From Candidatus Altiarchaeales archaeon IMC4 (GTDB lineage Archaea > Altiarchaeota > Altiarchaeia > IMC4): a stretch of 19,706 nucleotides of DNA. Below, piece after piece: positions 1 to 8,487 of this stretch; position 1 is the first letter of the stretch; the number at the start of each line of letters is the position of its first letter. The notes beneath the pieces are model-generated. The model saw only the letters and a list, made by a program, of their open reading frames with translations. It searched no databases and was not told the origin of the DNA. Location of the stretch: NCBI GenBank assembly GCA_001742785.1, contig MCBF01000001.1, positions 407,732-427,437 on the forward strand, written 5' to 3'. A program made the translations under genes and the position numbers.

Positions 1-31
1 TGGAACTTTTTATAAATGCAATTCGATATAA

Positions 32-296
32 TGATTTTGTAGTGGCAAAATCAGTACACGTGAAACACTATGTGTTTCAGTGTCCGTGAAATCACAAAGT
101 GATTTCAGGACATCGTTTGCGACATGTCGCAAACGCTTGTCCCGCGAATCGAAAGATTCGCGTGGATACCAAAACCCAAAGGGTTTTGCTTATATTCAAG
201 AACATATATCTCAAGAAAATCCGCGTGAATCATAGATTCACGGGACACCCTTTTCGATTCATCGAAAATGCGTGAGTTCCAAAATATATGTTCTTG
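32..296. repeat. Phased array of ~27-nt hairpin (palindromic) units, array 1
   Basis: Stems read directly: tgattttg/caaaatca (32-53), tgaaacac-tat-gtgtttca (61-79), tgaaatcac-aaa-gtgatttca (87-107), perfect 22-bp palindrome cgtttgcgacatgtcgcaaacg (114-135), cgcgaatc-gaaa-gattcgcg (143-162), caaaaccc-aaa-gggttttg (170-188), 13-bp inverted repeat caagaacatatat/atatatgttcttg (197-209/284-296) enclosing cgtgaatc-ata-gattcacg (224-242) and ttttcgat-tc-atcgaaaa (251-268). Centres of the first six are 26.5-28 nt apart. Confidence 0.92.
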
Positions 297-313
297 CCTA
301 TAGTTTCACCAAA

Positions 314-472
314 TTATATCGTCCGCAATTTAAGCCCGTATTCTCTTTCTAAATGTTCTACTTTTTTATTAAAATACTCTTTTTTTTCCGCTTCACTCAT
401 TCCTTTAGTTTCATAATAGCGCTTCTCCCTGATTTTATGGATTTCCGCCATTGCTCTTGGTTCTTTAATCAT
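314..472 (-). CDS. Small 52-aa protein, probable antitoxin partner of the PIN protein (below ORF-track cutoff)
   Basis: Hand translation MIKEPRAMAEIHKIREKRYYETKGMSEAEKKEYFNKKVEHLEREYGLKLRTI*. ATG at 472 overlaps the end of the PIN gene. The EIHKIRE...ETKGM pattern resembles small proteins that I recall following this PIN subfamily. Confidence 0.75.
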   Translation of the reverse strand: MIKEPRAMAEIHKIREKRYYETKGMSEAEKKEYFNKKVEHLEREYGLKLRTI

Positions 473-938
473 TTTCAATTACCTCTTCTGGAGTGCATAT
501 TTCAATTTCTTTATACCCTTCCGCCAAATTAATGGAATTTGTTTTAATGCGAGTTTTCAATTTAACGATGTGCTTCAAATTCCAGCTTACAATCGCATTG
601 ACATTATTAATAACGGCAAAGGCTATGTGCATTGCGTCTCCTTTAAATTTCTCGGGTATAATCCCTGCTGCAATATATTTTTTTGAGAGTGATTTAACCT
701 CCTTTGTGTTTTCTAATTCAGTGGGGGTATATTTCCCTATCAGGGTCATCAATCTTTCTTTCGTTTCGGAATTGGCATCTGCAATCTCATCAAGTACTAT
801 TTCGGATATGTAAATATCATACCTTCCTCTTTCTATCTCATCAAAAAATTGCTTCGTAATCTCCATTTTCTCCGGAGAGTCATCAGCAAATACGAAGTTC
901 CAGACCGATGTTTCGAGATATAATCTTAATTTTCTCAT
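465..938 (-). CDS. PIN-domain (VapC-like) ribonuclease toxin
   Basis: N-terminal LYLETSVW, ISEIVLDEI, DAMHIAFA and IVSWNLKHIV motifs typical of PIN domains. Start trimmed to ATG 938; ATG 968 overlapping the upstream stop is an alternative. AT-rich relative to neighbours. Confidence 0.88.
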   Translation of the reverse strand: MRKLRLYLETSVWNFVFADDSPEKMEITKQFFDEIERGRYDIYISEIVLDEIADANSETKERLMTLIGKYTPTELENTKEVKSLSKKYIAAGIIPEKFKGDAMHIAFAVINNVNAIVSWNLKHIVKLKTRIKTNSINLAEGYKEIEICTPEEVIEND

Positions 939-967
939 TTTTGCCTTAATATTATGGATTTTTAGCA

Positions 968-2377
968 TTAATAATCCAGTCCGTCCAGCCCGTATTTTGT
1001 CGTGTGGTTTGCATCCAGCCTGAACCACGAAGGCGTGCCGTATATTCGTTTCCCTCCTGCTTTTAGGCTCTCGTTATGTTCGAGGTGCAGGTAATCGATG
1101 CTTGAGTAATTGCCCCTCTGCATGACCCCGCTTCCTTCTGCGCAGCCTGCAGTATTCATATAAACACAACGACAATCCATCTCTAATATTGTTTGATTTA
1201 TACCCGGACAATATACGTATCTGTCTTTGATGCTTTCCATTCCGATGATCCAAACGTCGAAATAGATCCGAGCAAGGTAGACGTATTTCTGCGAAAGATC
1301 GAGGTTCCCTTCAAGGCGGTCGAAAAAGCACGGCGAAGTGTTGGACGCAAAATAAGCCCCCTGGTCAATGTAGTCGTTTATGTACACCCGATAAACTTTT
1401 CCATCGTTTATGGCTGCCCAGTCGCCGGTTTGCAGAGCAAGTTCAGATATGTTTGAAACGTAGGCAACCGAGAGGTTTATGTCTGAATCATCATAACTTA
1501 TCACGCCCGCGGATTGGTTTATCCTATCCCTTATACTTGTATCGTTAAGTTCATCCCCGGACATATTCACAATGAAGAGGGTTTCGCTGATTGTTCCGTT
1601 GTAACTGGTTATGTTGTCTCTTTGGGCAGCGGCATTTCCATTACCAGACTCTACTACTACATTAAACACAATCCCCCCGCCCTTAGTATTCGCTGCGTTG
1701 TAATAAGTTCCATTTTTAAGAGACTCCAGATAGACCGGCTCAGTAACAGGGTTTATGTACCGCGTCACCCTTCCTTGCGTTTTTAATGGATAAAGCGGGT
1801 CTTCAAGGCCTGCAACTGACACCATGGTATAAAAGACATCAGAGCCGGAATAGAGCGAATTTCCGTTCCTTTCGCGTATGTCCATATCAACCCACATTAT
1901 CACTGCAAAGCGCCATGGGTCATGGGGCACGACCTCGATGTCGAGCACTTCTATTTCCGATACGAACCTGTCGGATGTCCTGTTGTTGAGCCGCTGTATC
2001 CACTTTTCAAGGGTGTGGTTTTGCATATAGGGGCTGTCAATGACCTCGCCGCCCTGCACAAACGTGCCGTTTAGTATCAAAGTTTTTATTGTGGAAACCG
2101 AGTCGTTTATTCCTACGGTTACGTTGTCTGTGTGGTTGCTTTTATATATCGCAGCGTCTATCACATAGATCGCAGCGCGCCTTCCGAAAATCTCAACAGC
2201 GCGCTCCGTATCCTTTCGCGTAGACTCCACATAATAATGCAGCTCGTCGGTACCGATGCGGCTTGAGACATCATCTGTCTTTATTTTGGACGTTTCGATG
2301 TAGAATGAGACAAATAAGAGGAGCATTATGGATAATGTCACGGTTATGATAGTATAGACGTACCCTTTGTTGTCCAT
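968..2377 (-). CDS. Large secreted/membrane protein with class III (type IV pilin-like) signal peptide
   Basis: MDNKG|YVYTIITVTLSIMLLLFVSFY has a short charged prepeptide ending KG, followed by a hydrophobic helix. Many N-x-S/T sequons. GLEDPLY and CFFDRLEG motifs recall hypothetical proteins of euryarchaeal/DPANN pilus loci. Start trimmed to ATG 2377. Confidence 0.65.
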   Translation of the reverse strand: MDNKGYVYTIITVTLSIMLLLFVSFYIETSKIKTDDVSSRIGTDELHYYVESTRKDTERAVEIFGRRAAIYVIDAAIYKSNHTDNVTVGINDSVSTIKTLILNGTFVQGGEVIDSPYMQNHTLEKWIQRLNNRTSDRFVSEIEVLDIEVVPHDPWRFAVIMWVDMDIRERNGNSLYSGSDVFYTMVSVAGLEDPLYPLKTQGRVTRYINPVTEPVYLESLKNGTYYNAANTKGGGIVFNVVVESGNGNAAAQRDNITSYNGTISETLFIVNMSGDELNDTSIRDRINQSAGVISYDDSDINLSVAYVSNISELALQTGDWAAINDGKVYRVYINDYIDQGAYFASNTSPCFFDRLEGNLDLSQKYVYLARIYFDVWIIGMESIKDRYVYCPGINQTILEMDCRCVYMNTAGCAEGSGVMQRGNYSSIDYLHLEHNESLKAGGKRIYGTPSWFRLDANHTTKYGLDGLDY

Positions 2378-2396
2378 CGTAGTCAACTGCCGCACA

Positions 2397-2483
2397 TTAG
2401 CCCTTGTTCCTCATCTTTCTTCTTCTCTTCTTCAGTTTGTGATTCCTGATTTTCTGTTTTTTTCGCTTTCTTCCGCACGGCAT
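2397..2483 (-). CDS. 28-aa highly basic protein resembling ribosomal protein bS22 / mS38 (AURKAIP1/COX24, DUF1713) family
   Basis: Hand translation MPCGRKRKKQKIRNHKLKKRRRKMRNKG*. It matches the recalled MPxGKKRKRHK...HKRKKRLRKNRHK pattern. It fills the pheS-to-pilin-protein gap and has a TATA box 22 nt upstream. Confidence 0.75.
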   Translation of the reverse strand: MPCGRKRKKQKIRNHKLKKRRRKMRNKG

Positions 2484-2505
2484 GATATTTATTGTGATTT
2501 TAGGA

Positions 2506-2513
2506 TATATAAA
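2506..2513 (-). promoter_or_regulatory. TATA box (TTTATATA) for the 28-aa ORF, probably a leaderless transcript
   Basis: Reverse complement of tatataaa at 2506-2513 is centred ~26 nt upstream of ATG 2483, the canonical archaeal TATA-to-start distance. Confidence 0.6.
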
Positions 2514-2519
2514 GTACCC

Positions 2520-3989
2520 TTAAACGCGGCACTTTCTGAGCCAGTCGATATCGCTGAGATATAGTTCGCGTATATCGGTAAGCCCGAGTTTTAATGCCAC
2601 GACACGGTCGAGGCCAAGCCCCCACGCAAGAACCGGGCACTCGAAACCATCAAGAAGCGGCTTAACAACCTCGGGCCGGAAGATACCCGCGCCGCCAAGT
2701 TCCACCCACTCGCCCCTTTCCTCAAGATAGATTTCCGGCTCGATGCTCATCTCGGTGTACGGGAAATACGCCGGCCTGAACCGGACCTTCTCAAACCCCA
2801 TATTCATGTAAAAGTTTTTCAGGATGTCAAGGAGGTTCCTGAAATTCGCACCCTCCGCGGCGATAATCCCCTCGACTTGATAGAACTCCGGCAGGTGCTT
2901 GTAATCGATGGCCTCGTTCCTGAAGGTTTTGCCGATCGAGAAGACCTTCACGGGCAGGTCCTCTTTTTTGAGTGTTGAAAGGCGGCGGGCGGTTACCGCG
3001 GTCGTGTGGGTCCTGAGCAGCATTTTTTTTGCAACGTCCTCATCCCACTCGTAGCCCCAGCCCTTCGAGCCGGTCGTCCAGCCGCCCTCATGGGCCGCCT
3101 TTACCTCATCCTTGAGATCGCCCAACTCCTCGGTGTCTTTCTCAAGGCCAAGGTAAAACGTGTCGTGCATGTCCCGCGCAGGATGGTCCTGCGGCTGGAA
3201 TAGGACGTCGAAGTTCCAGAAGGCGGATTCCACAAGCGGGCCCGTTATCTCAGTGAAGCCCATCTGCAAAAAGACAGCCCTGATTTCATCGATGGCTTGC
3301 CTCAAAGGGTGTTTCTTTGCAGGGTATTTCGGCTTCACGTAGATGTCCACGTCATACGGCCTGAACCCGCTGGTTTTCCAAGCCCCGGATTTCAATATTT
3401 CCGGCGTGAGCTGCGAGATTGACGTGTCCTCCTTTGTGGTTTTTCCAAGTTTTATGCCCTCTTTCGTCGGCGAAAGCGACATTATCTTTTTCTCCCGCAC
3501 GTCCACGACGTTCTGCCTCTGCCTCAGGAGACTGAGTGCCGCCGCCTGTTTTTCGTCAAGTTCGTCTGACGTGAGTTTGCCTTTTTCTTTCAGAAGTTTG
3601 AGTATCTTTTCGTCACCGGTTTCTTTCCTGTCGATTACCGTTATGACACCCTTATCGAGCGTTGCAATGTTCTTTTTCCTAAGCCAGCCAAGCCCTATGT
3701 TGACCACGCCGCGGTCTAGTTTTATCCTTGACAGTTCACAGGAATCCCGAACCTCGTCGAGGATCCGCCGCTCGGGAAGGCCGTTTTGCGCGTAGCCCAT
3801 GCCCTCGCCGGTAAGCGTTATCTCCTCGACAATACGCTCCTCGATGCCGATCAGTTTTTTGGTGGAAAGCCACGAAGAAGCGCGCATGACCGCATCTGTC
3901 GGAAGCCCTGAGACTTCGGCAGCCTCCTGCGGACTCATCTTTTCGGTCAGTGCCTTTAAGAGCCGGATTTCGTGGGGGTGCAAATCCAT
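2520..3989 (-). CDS. pheS: Phenylalanine--tRNA ligase alpha subunit (archaeal type)
   Basis: N-terminal winged-helix extension; FWNFDVLFQPQDHPARDMHDTFY, LRTHTT, FRNE, YFPYTE and GLGLDR motifs; 489 aa. Confidence 0.98.
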   Translation of the reverse strand: MDLHPHEIRLLKALTEKMSPQEAAEVSGLPTDAVMRASSWLSTKKLIGIEERIVEEITLTGEGMGYAQNGLPERRILDEVRDSCELSRIKLDRGVVNIGLGWLRKKNIATLDKGVITVIDRKETGDEKILKLLKEKGKLTSDELDEKQAAALSLLRQRQNVVDVREKKIMSLSPTKEGIKLGKTTKEDTSISQLTPEILKSGAWKTSGFRPYDVDIYVKPKYPAKKHPLRQAIDEIRAVFLQMGFTEITGPLVESAFWNFDVLFQPQDHPARDMHDTFYLGLEKDTEELGDLKDEVKAAHEGGWTTGSKGWGYEWDEDVAKKMLLRTHTTAVTARRLSTLKKEDLPVKVFSIGKTFRNEAIDYKHLPEFYQVEGIIAAEGANFRNLLDILKNFYMNMGFEKVRFRPAYFPYTEMSIEPEIYLEERGEWVELGGAGIFRPEVVKPLLDGFECPVLAWGLGLDRVVALKLGLTDIRELYLSDIDWLRKCRV

Positions 3990-4023
3990 GATTAATTATG
4001 GGCGTTGTCCTAAAAAATATCAC

Positions 4024-4719
4024 TTAAACCAAATCCTCAAAATCCAGTATTCCCTCATAAACCGCCTTGCCGAGGACAACGCCCCACGCCCCGATGTCTC
4101 CTGCTTTTCTCACGTCTCCTTTTGATGACATCCCGCCTGAAACGATGACCGGAAGGCTCGTAGATTTCACGACACGCATTAATTCCTCCTCGTCTATGCC
4201 CTGCATCATTCCTTCTACGTCCACGTCCGTGAACAGGAACCCCCAGCACACGTTCTCGTAGGTCGCCATGAAGTTCTCCGCTTTAAGGCTTGTCTTTTTC
4301 TGCCAGCCCTCGACAACTATGCAGCCCTCTTTTGAATCGACCGCCACGATAAGCCGGTCCCTTCCGAATTCGTTGCAGAGCCGCTCGACGGTTTCCAGTT
4401 CGTTTATCGCAAGCGTTCCCAGTATTATCCTGTCTATGCCGAGCCCCAGAATCTCCGTAGCCTTTTCATAGGTCCTTATGCCGCCGCCGAATTGTATCGG
4501 GACGCTCACCACCTCGCGGATTTTTTTGACCTTTTTCAGGTTGTCCCCGGACCCAAGCGCGGCGTTAAGATCAATAACGTGCAGGATTTCTGCACCCTTC
4601 TCAACCCACGACTTTGCAATGTCAACGGGGTTTCCGTAGAATTTCTCGGTGCCGGGCTTTCCCTGGACAAGCTGGGCGCATTTGCCGTCCTTTATGTCGA
4701 TGGCCGGGATTATCCTCAT
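4024..4719 (-). CDS. hisA: ProFAR isomerase HisA
   Basis: IIPAIDIKDGKCAQLVQG, LHVIDLNAA, QFGGGIR, EGW, TDVDVEGMMQG, SGG and GKAVYEG motifs. Start trimmed to ATG 4719. Confidence 0.93.
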   Translation of the reverse strand: MRIIPAIDIKDGKCAQLVQGKPGTEKFYGNPVDIAKSWVEKGAEILHVIDLNAALGSGDNLKKVKKIREVVSVPIQFGGGIRTYEKATEILGLGIDRIILGTLAINELETVERLCNEFGRDRLIVAVDSKEGCIVVEGWQKKTSLKAENFMATYENVCWGFLFTDVDVEGMMQGIDEEELMRVVKSTSLPVIVSGGMSSKGDVRKAGDIGAWGVVLGKAVYEGILDFEDLV

Positions 4720-4763
4720 TATTACTTCTTTGTTTTTTCTGCACAAAAATCCAATATATGCTG

Positions 4764-5489
4764 ATGAAGATAGCACTCACCGGCAAAGGGGGTTCCGGCA
4801 AGACCACGATCGCGGCGCACCTCGGGAGGGTGCTTTCCGAGAGCGGAAACAGCGTTCTTTTGGTGGATGCGGACGCGAGCCGGAACTTAGCAACGCTTCT
4901 TGCCCACGAGGATACAACGCCGATAAACGAGATGAAGGATGTCGTAAACCAAAGGGCGAGGATTGAGGGCGGGCTTGTGAATCTGAACCCGTACGTCCGC
5001 GACCTTATTGACAAATACGCAGTTGATGTTTCGCAAAATCTCAGGCTCCTTGTGATAGGCGGCGTGGAAAAGGCCGGCATGGGATGCCTCTGCCCCGAAA
5101 ACTCGATGCTCAGGTCGCTTCTTCGGGAACTTGTGCTTAAGCGGGACGAGATCGTCATCATCGACATGGAAGCGGGGCTTGAGATAATGGGCCGCGGCAC
5201 CGTGAAAAATGTGGACACGATACTTGTGATAGCAGAGCCGGGATACGGCTCGATATCCGTAACAAAAGAGATACTCAAATTTGCCAAAGAGATGGGCGTA
5301 GAAGCCAGGGTAGTGGCGAACAAGGTACGAAACAAATCGGACGAAAAATACCTGTCGGAGTACTTCGGGCCGATGCAGACAATCCCCGCCGACGAGGGGG
5401 TGCGCGAGTCGTCAATAAAGGGGCAGCTGCTTTCGGAAGGTGATTTTTATGACAGTATAGTGAAGTTGTCGAAGAAGATTACAAGGTAG
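4764..5489 (+). CDS. cooC: CooC/AcsF-family nickel-insertion ATPase (CODH/ACS maturation)
   Basis: Deviant Walker A GKGGSGKTT, VDAD, Ni-binding CxC (GCLCPEN) and DMEAGLE.. motif. Start ATG 4764 (or 4758). Confidence 0.9.
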   Translation: MKIALTGKGGSGKTTIAAHLGRVLSESGNSVLLVDADASRNLATLLAHEDTTPINEMKDVVNQRARIEGGLVNLNPYVRDLIDKYAVDVSQNLRLLVIGGVEKAGMGCLCPENSMLRSLLRELVLKRDEIVIIDMEAGLEIMGRGTVKNVDTILVIAEPGYGSISVTKEILKFAKEMGVEARVVANKVRNKSDEKYLSEYFGPMQTIPADEGVRESSIKGQLLSEGDFYDSIVKLSKKITR

Positions 5490-6639
5490 AACCATATACA
5501 TGCGCTACCTTTTTTACCAACCCCCCGAAAACATCGTCCTCGGTTTTTCCTTCCGCATAGACACTGCAAACCGGTTGTGATTTCTGTACTATCGTGCCTG
5601 CATGAGGAATGTCCGAAACACCGTCAAGCCCGCGTAAATCCCCGATGCGCATATCCTTTTTTGCGTAAACAACGGCTTTTCCGTAAGACTTTTTGTTGTG
5701 ACAATCAATGACCTCAATATTTCCCTTGCACGCATCAATGTGTTTTTCCACCATATTGATGCCCCGGTATTTCTCGACGTTTTCCATCGTATCCTGAAGC
5801 CGCGTGTTCACCTCCATGAAATAGGGCACGCCGCCTGAGAGGACGTAATCGACACCGTTCGAGCCGATAATCCCGAGAGCGGAGATTATATTCTCTGACA
5901 TTCGTTTGATTTCGGATAGCACACCATCGGCAGCGCCGAGCGGCACGATGTTTCCGCAGTACTTGAATCTGCTGGCTGCGCCGAATCTCGTTTCCCCGAT
6001 TATCTGTTTGTTAACCGAAATTGCGGCCGCGTTTTCCCCGTCGGAAAGCACCGAGCAGCTTACCGGAACGCCTTCGACGTATTCCTGCACCAGGACATCC
6101 CCATAAGTCTTCAGGTCTTCAAGGTCTTCATAAGACTCAACCAGCCTCGCGCGCGTTCCGACACCCTGAACCTGCGGTTTCACGACGCACGGGAATCCTG
6201 TTTTTTCGACAGACTTTTTTAATCCGTGCTCGTTTGCGACAATCGTTTTCGGGTACTTCGCACCTATCCTGCCAAGCACTTTTTTTACCGTTTTCCAGTC
6301 CTTCGCCCGCGCCACTTTTCTGGAGCCGTTGCCGACCACCTCGAAGTTTTTTTCGAGTTTTTTCAGCGCATTCGGGCTGCAGCCGACACCCGATGTCGGG
6401 ATAATCGAGCCAACGCGCCCAGACAGTTTCTCTATCGCGAAATCCACAAGTTTGGTGACCGAGTATTCCTGCATATCTGGCTTCGTGGAATCCGACTGGA
6501 GGCAAAAGACGCTGTCCGAAATCCGGCAGGTGTCAACGTCCGCGAAGTAGCATGCAAGGTGAACGTCAAGCCCAAGATTTTTCGCGGACTGCGCGGCGGC
6601 CCGGCAGTTCATCCCGATGATGCCGATTGAATTTTTCAC
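5479..6639 (-). CDS. ATP-grasp ligase of the COG2232 type, associated with C1-transfer cofactor gene clusters
   Basis: ATP-grasp motifs VVKP, LVQEYVEG, FKYCGN, GSNGVDY, MEVNTRLQ and a C-terminal DIP..GT...QPVCSV; GTG start overlapping the stop of the upstream HisA-like gene. Confidence 0.8.
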   Translation of the reverse strand: MKNSIGIIGMNCRAAAQSAKNLGLDVHLACYFADVDTCRISDSVFCLQSDSTKPDMQEYSVTKLVDFAIEKLSGRVGSIIPTSGVGCSPNALKKLEKNFEVVGNGSRKVARAKDWKTVKKVLGRIGAKYPKTIVANEHGLKKSVEKTGFPCVVKPQVQGVGTRARLVESYEDLEDLKTYGDVLVQEYVEGVPVSCSVLSDGENAAAISVNKQIIGETRFGAASRFKYCGNIVPLGAADGVLSEIKRMSENIISALGIIGSNGVDYVLSGGVPYFMEVNTRLQDTMENVEKYRGINMVEKHIDACKGNIEVIDCHNKKSYGKAVVYAKKDMRIGDLRGLDGVSDIPHAGTIVQKSQPVCSVYAEGKTEDDVFGGLVKKVAHVYGSTL

Positions 6640-7346
6640 CTTGCGATTATCCCCCCTGAATGCACGGCGCTCCCGACCAACGCCCCTGAAACCCCTGCCC
6701 TTCGCAGAAGTTCTATATCATCCTCACCGCGTACCCCGCCGCCGTAAATTATAGGCACGCCACATCCACCCCCGATTACCTTTTCGCACAAATCAAGATT
6801 CGGCCCTTCGCCCATCCCGACGCGCGAGAGGTCAAGGAGTATGATTTCCCCTGTGTGTTGCGCGAACTTCGCGGCGACATCTTGCGGGGTTTTTGATTTT
6901 ATCGTTCCGCATCGGCTTAACACCCTGCCATCTTTAACATCAATACTCAGGACTATGTTCTCCCTTCCGAAAACTTTGCAGGCATCCGCCGGAAAGTCCG
7001 CCGACCCTACGGACTCAGTTGAAACGATTACCCGGCCCGCGCCGGTTTTTTTCAGTTCCGCGATCTCCCCGATCGAAGAAACGCCCGAATCGACCAGTAA
7101 GGCAAGCCCTGTTTTTTCTTTTATCTTTTCTATCGTAGGGTAATCGGGGCAACCCTTCATAATTCCGTCAAGGTCTGCGATGTACATTTCCCTGAAACCG
7201 AGGTTCTCAAATGCCGCTGCAACCTCGACGGGTTCTGATGAGCCAGCAACCCCGCCCGCAAGCGGTTTGTATCTTTCACGCTGCCCGGCGATTGCACGAA
7301 CTGCAAGGCCGCCCCTGATGTCTAAAACAGGAATGATTATCATCAT
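6636..7346 (-). CDS. HisA/HisF-related TIM-barrel protein (MJ0703 / methylotroph Orf17-like)
   Basis: IIPVLDIRGGLAVRAIAGQRERYKPL, YIADLDGI, LDLSRVG and GGGVRG motifs. Distinct from the true hisA at 4024-4719. Start trimmed to ATG 7346. Confidence 0.85.
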   Translation of the reverse strand: MMIIIPVLDIRGGLAVRAIAGQRERYKPLAGGVAGSSEPVEVAAAFENLGFREMYIADLDGIMKGCPDYPTIEKIKEKTGLALLVDSGVSSIGEIAELKKTGAGRVIVSTESVGSADFPADACKVFGRENIVLSIDVKDGRVLSRCGTIKSKTPQDVAAKFAQHTGEIILLDLSRVGMGEGPNLDLCEKVIGGGCGVPIIYGGGVRGEDDIELLRRAGVSGALVGSAVHSGGIIAR

Positions 7347-7374
7347 AATTATATCCGACCCGAAATAATTAACA

Positions 7375-8487
7375 ATGAGGCTCTTTGTTTTCGAGTACGC
7401 GACTTCGCAGGGCACCGCCGGAAGTTCGATCCTGATGGAAGGGTACTCGATGCTGAAAACTGCTGTCAACGGCCTGAAAAAAGAGGGGCATTGCGTTGAG
7501 ACCTGCCTGAACCAAAATGTCTCCGAGATCCGAACACTGAACCCTGACAAGCTCCACAAAGTAGACTCATGCAAGGGCGCGTTACAGCTTATCGCCGATC
7601 TAAAAAATAGTTTTGATTTTGTCTACCCGATAGCGCCAGAGGATGAATTGTGTGGCATCGTGCGGTTTCTCGAATCCAATGGAATAAGGCATCTTTCGTC
7701 GAGCCCCGAGGCGGTTGCGGCTGCCGGAGATAAGCGGGTGGCGGCAGAGGTTTTCAAGGACAACGCAGTAAAAACGCCCGGAAACTGCAGGGGGTTCCCC
7801 TGCGTGGCAAAGCCTGTTTTCGGGGCGGGATGCGAGGGAACGTACATTATCGGCAGCGAGGACGAGCTCGATGCCTTGCCGAAAAACGAGAAATTCATCG
7901 TGCAGGAATACATCGAGGGCGACAACCCGAGCGTTACTTTTGCGGTCGGAAAAAAAGGGGCGTTTCCGTTGGCATTGAACAAACAGGAAATCGAGGCAAA
8001 CGGGGGCAGATTGAGGTACAAAGGGGGCATGACGCCGGCGAGCCATGCAAAAAAAGACGAGATAATCGGCGCCGCAAAAAAGGCCGTCGACTGCCTGCCC
8101 GGGCTTTTCGGGGTCGTCGGCGTTGACTTGATTGCCGGCGATGAGACCTATGTCATCGAGGTAAACCCACGCATGGTAACCTCTTTTGTTGGGCTTGCTC
8201 AGGTTTCAAATGTCAGCGTGCTTGAGGCGATAACGGGCATTCCTCCGAAGAGCATACGGTTCAATTCATGCGCTTATTTCGGGCACATCTATTGCCCAAA
8301 AGATATCGAGTTTAATGAAACAATAATTAAAAAAATATCGGCGATGGAAGGTGTGTGGGTGCCGCCGGTTTTCGGCTCGGCGAAAGCGGGCGAAAGCATC
8401 GCGTTTGCAGTCTCTAATGGCAAGAGTGAAGCGGAAGCGAAGGATAGGTTTGAACGTCTGAACAAAAAGATTTGGAGGTTGATATGA
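7375..8487 (+). CDS. mfnD: Tyramine--L-glutamate ligase MfnD-like ATP-grasp enzyme
   Basis: N-terminal LFVFEYAT..., SILMEGYSML, IAPE, KPVFGAGCEG, VQEYIEG, LALNKQ, YKGG, GVDL, IEVNPR..TSF; adjacent to mfnF/mfnE/mfnB. Confidence 0.85.
   Translation: MRLFVFEYATSQGTAGSSILMEGYSMLKTAVNGLKKEGHCVETCLNQNVSEIRTLNPDKLHKVDSCKGALQLIADLKNSFDFVYPIAPEDELCGIVRFLESNGIRHLSSSPEAVAAAGDKRVAAEVFKDNAVKTPGNCRGFPCVAKPVFGAGCEGTYIIGSEDELDALPKNEKFIVQEYIEGDNPSVTFAVGKKGAFPLALNKQEIEANGGRLRYKGGMTPASHAKKDEIIGAAKKAVDCLPGLFGVVGVDLIAGDETYVIEVNPRMVTSFVGLAQVSNVSVLEAITGIPPKSIRFNSCAYFGHIYCPKDIEFNETIIKKISAMEGVWVPPVFGSAKAGESIAFAVSNGKSEAEAKDRFERLNKKIWRLI

Noticed and set aside
32..296. CRISPR array interpretation of the periodic hairpins (also 17299-17532)
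   Set aside because: No identical direct repeats alternating with unique spacers; every unit is itself a different palindrome; no cas genes in the window.
4614..4776. Long N-terminal extensions of hisA and cooC in the ORF track (similarly PIN, HisA-like, mfnF, RelE)
   Set aside because: They overlap neighbouring genes, and family motifs begin at the downstream ATGs used here.
6636..7346. Second true hisA or hisF
   Set aside because: It carries the G.RE.Y.P and YIADLD signature of the MJ0703/Orf17 paralog family; a canonical hisA is present at 4024-4719.
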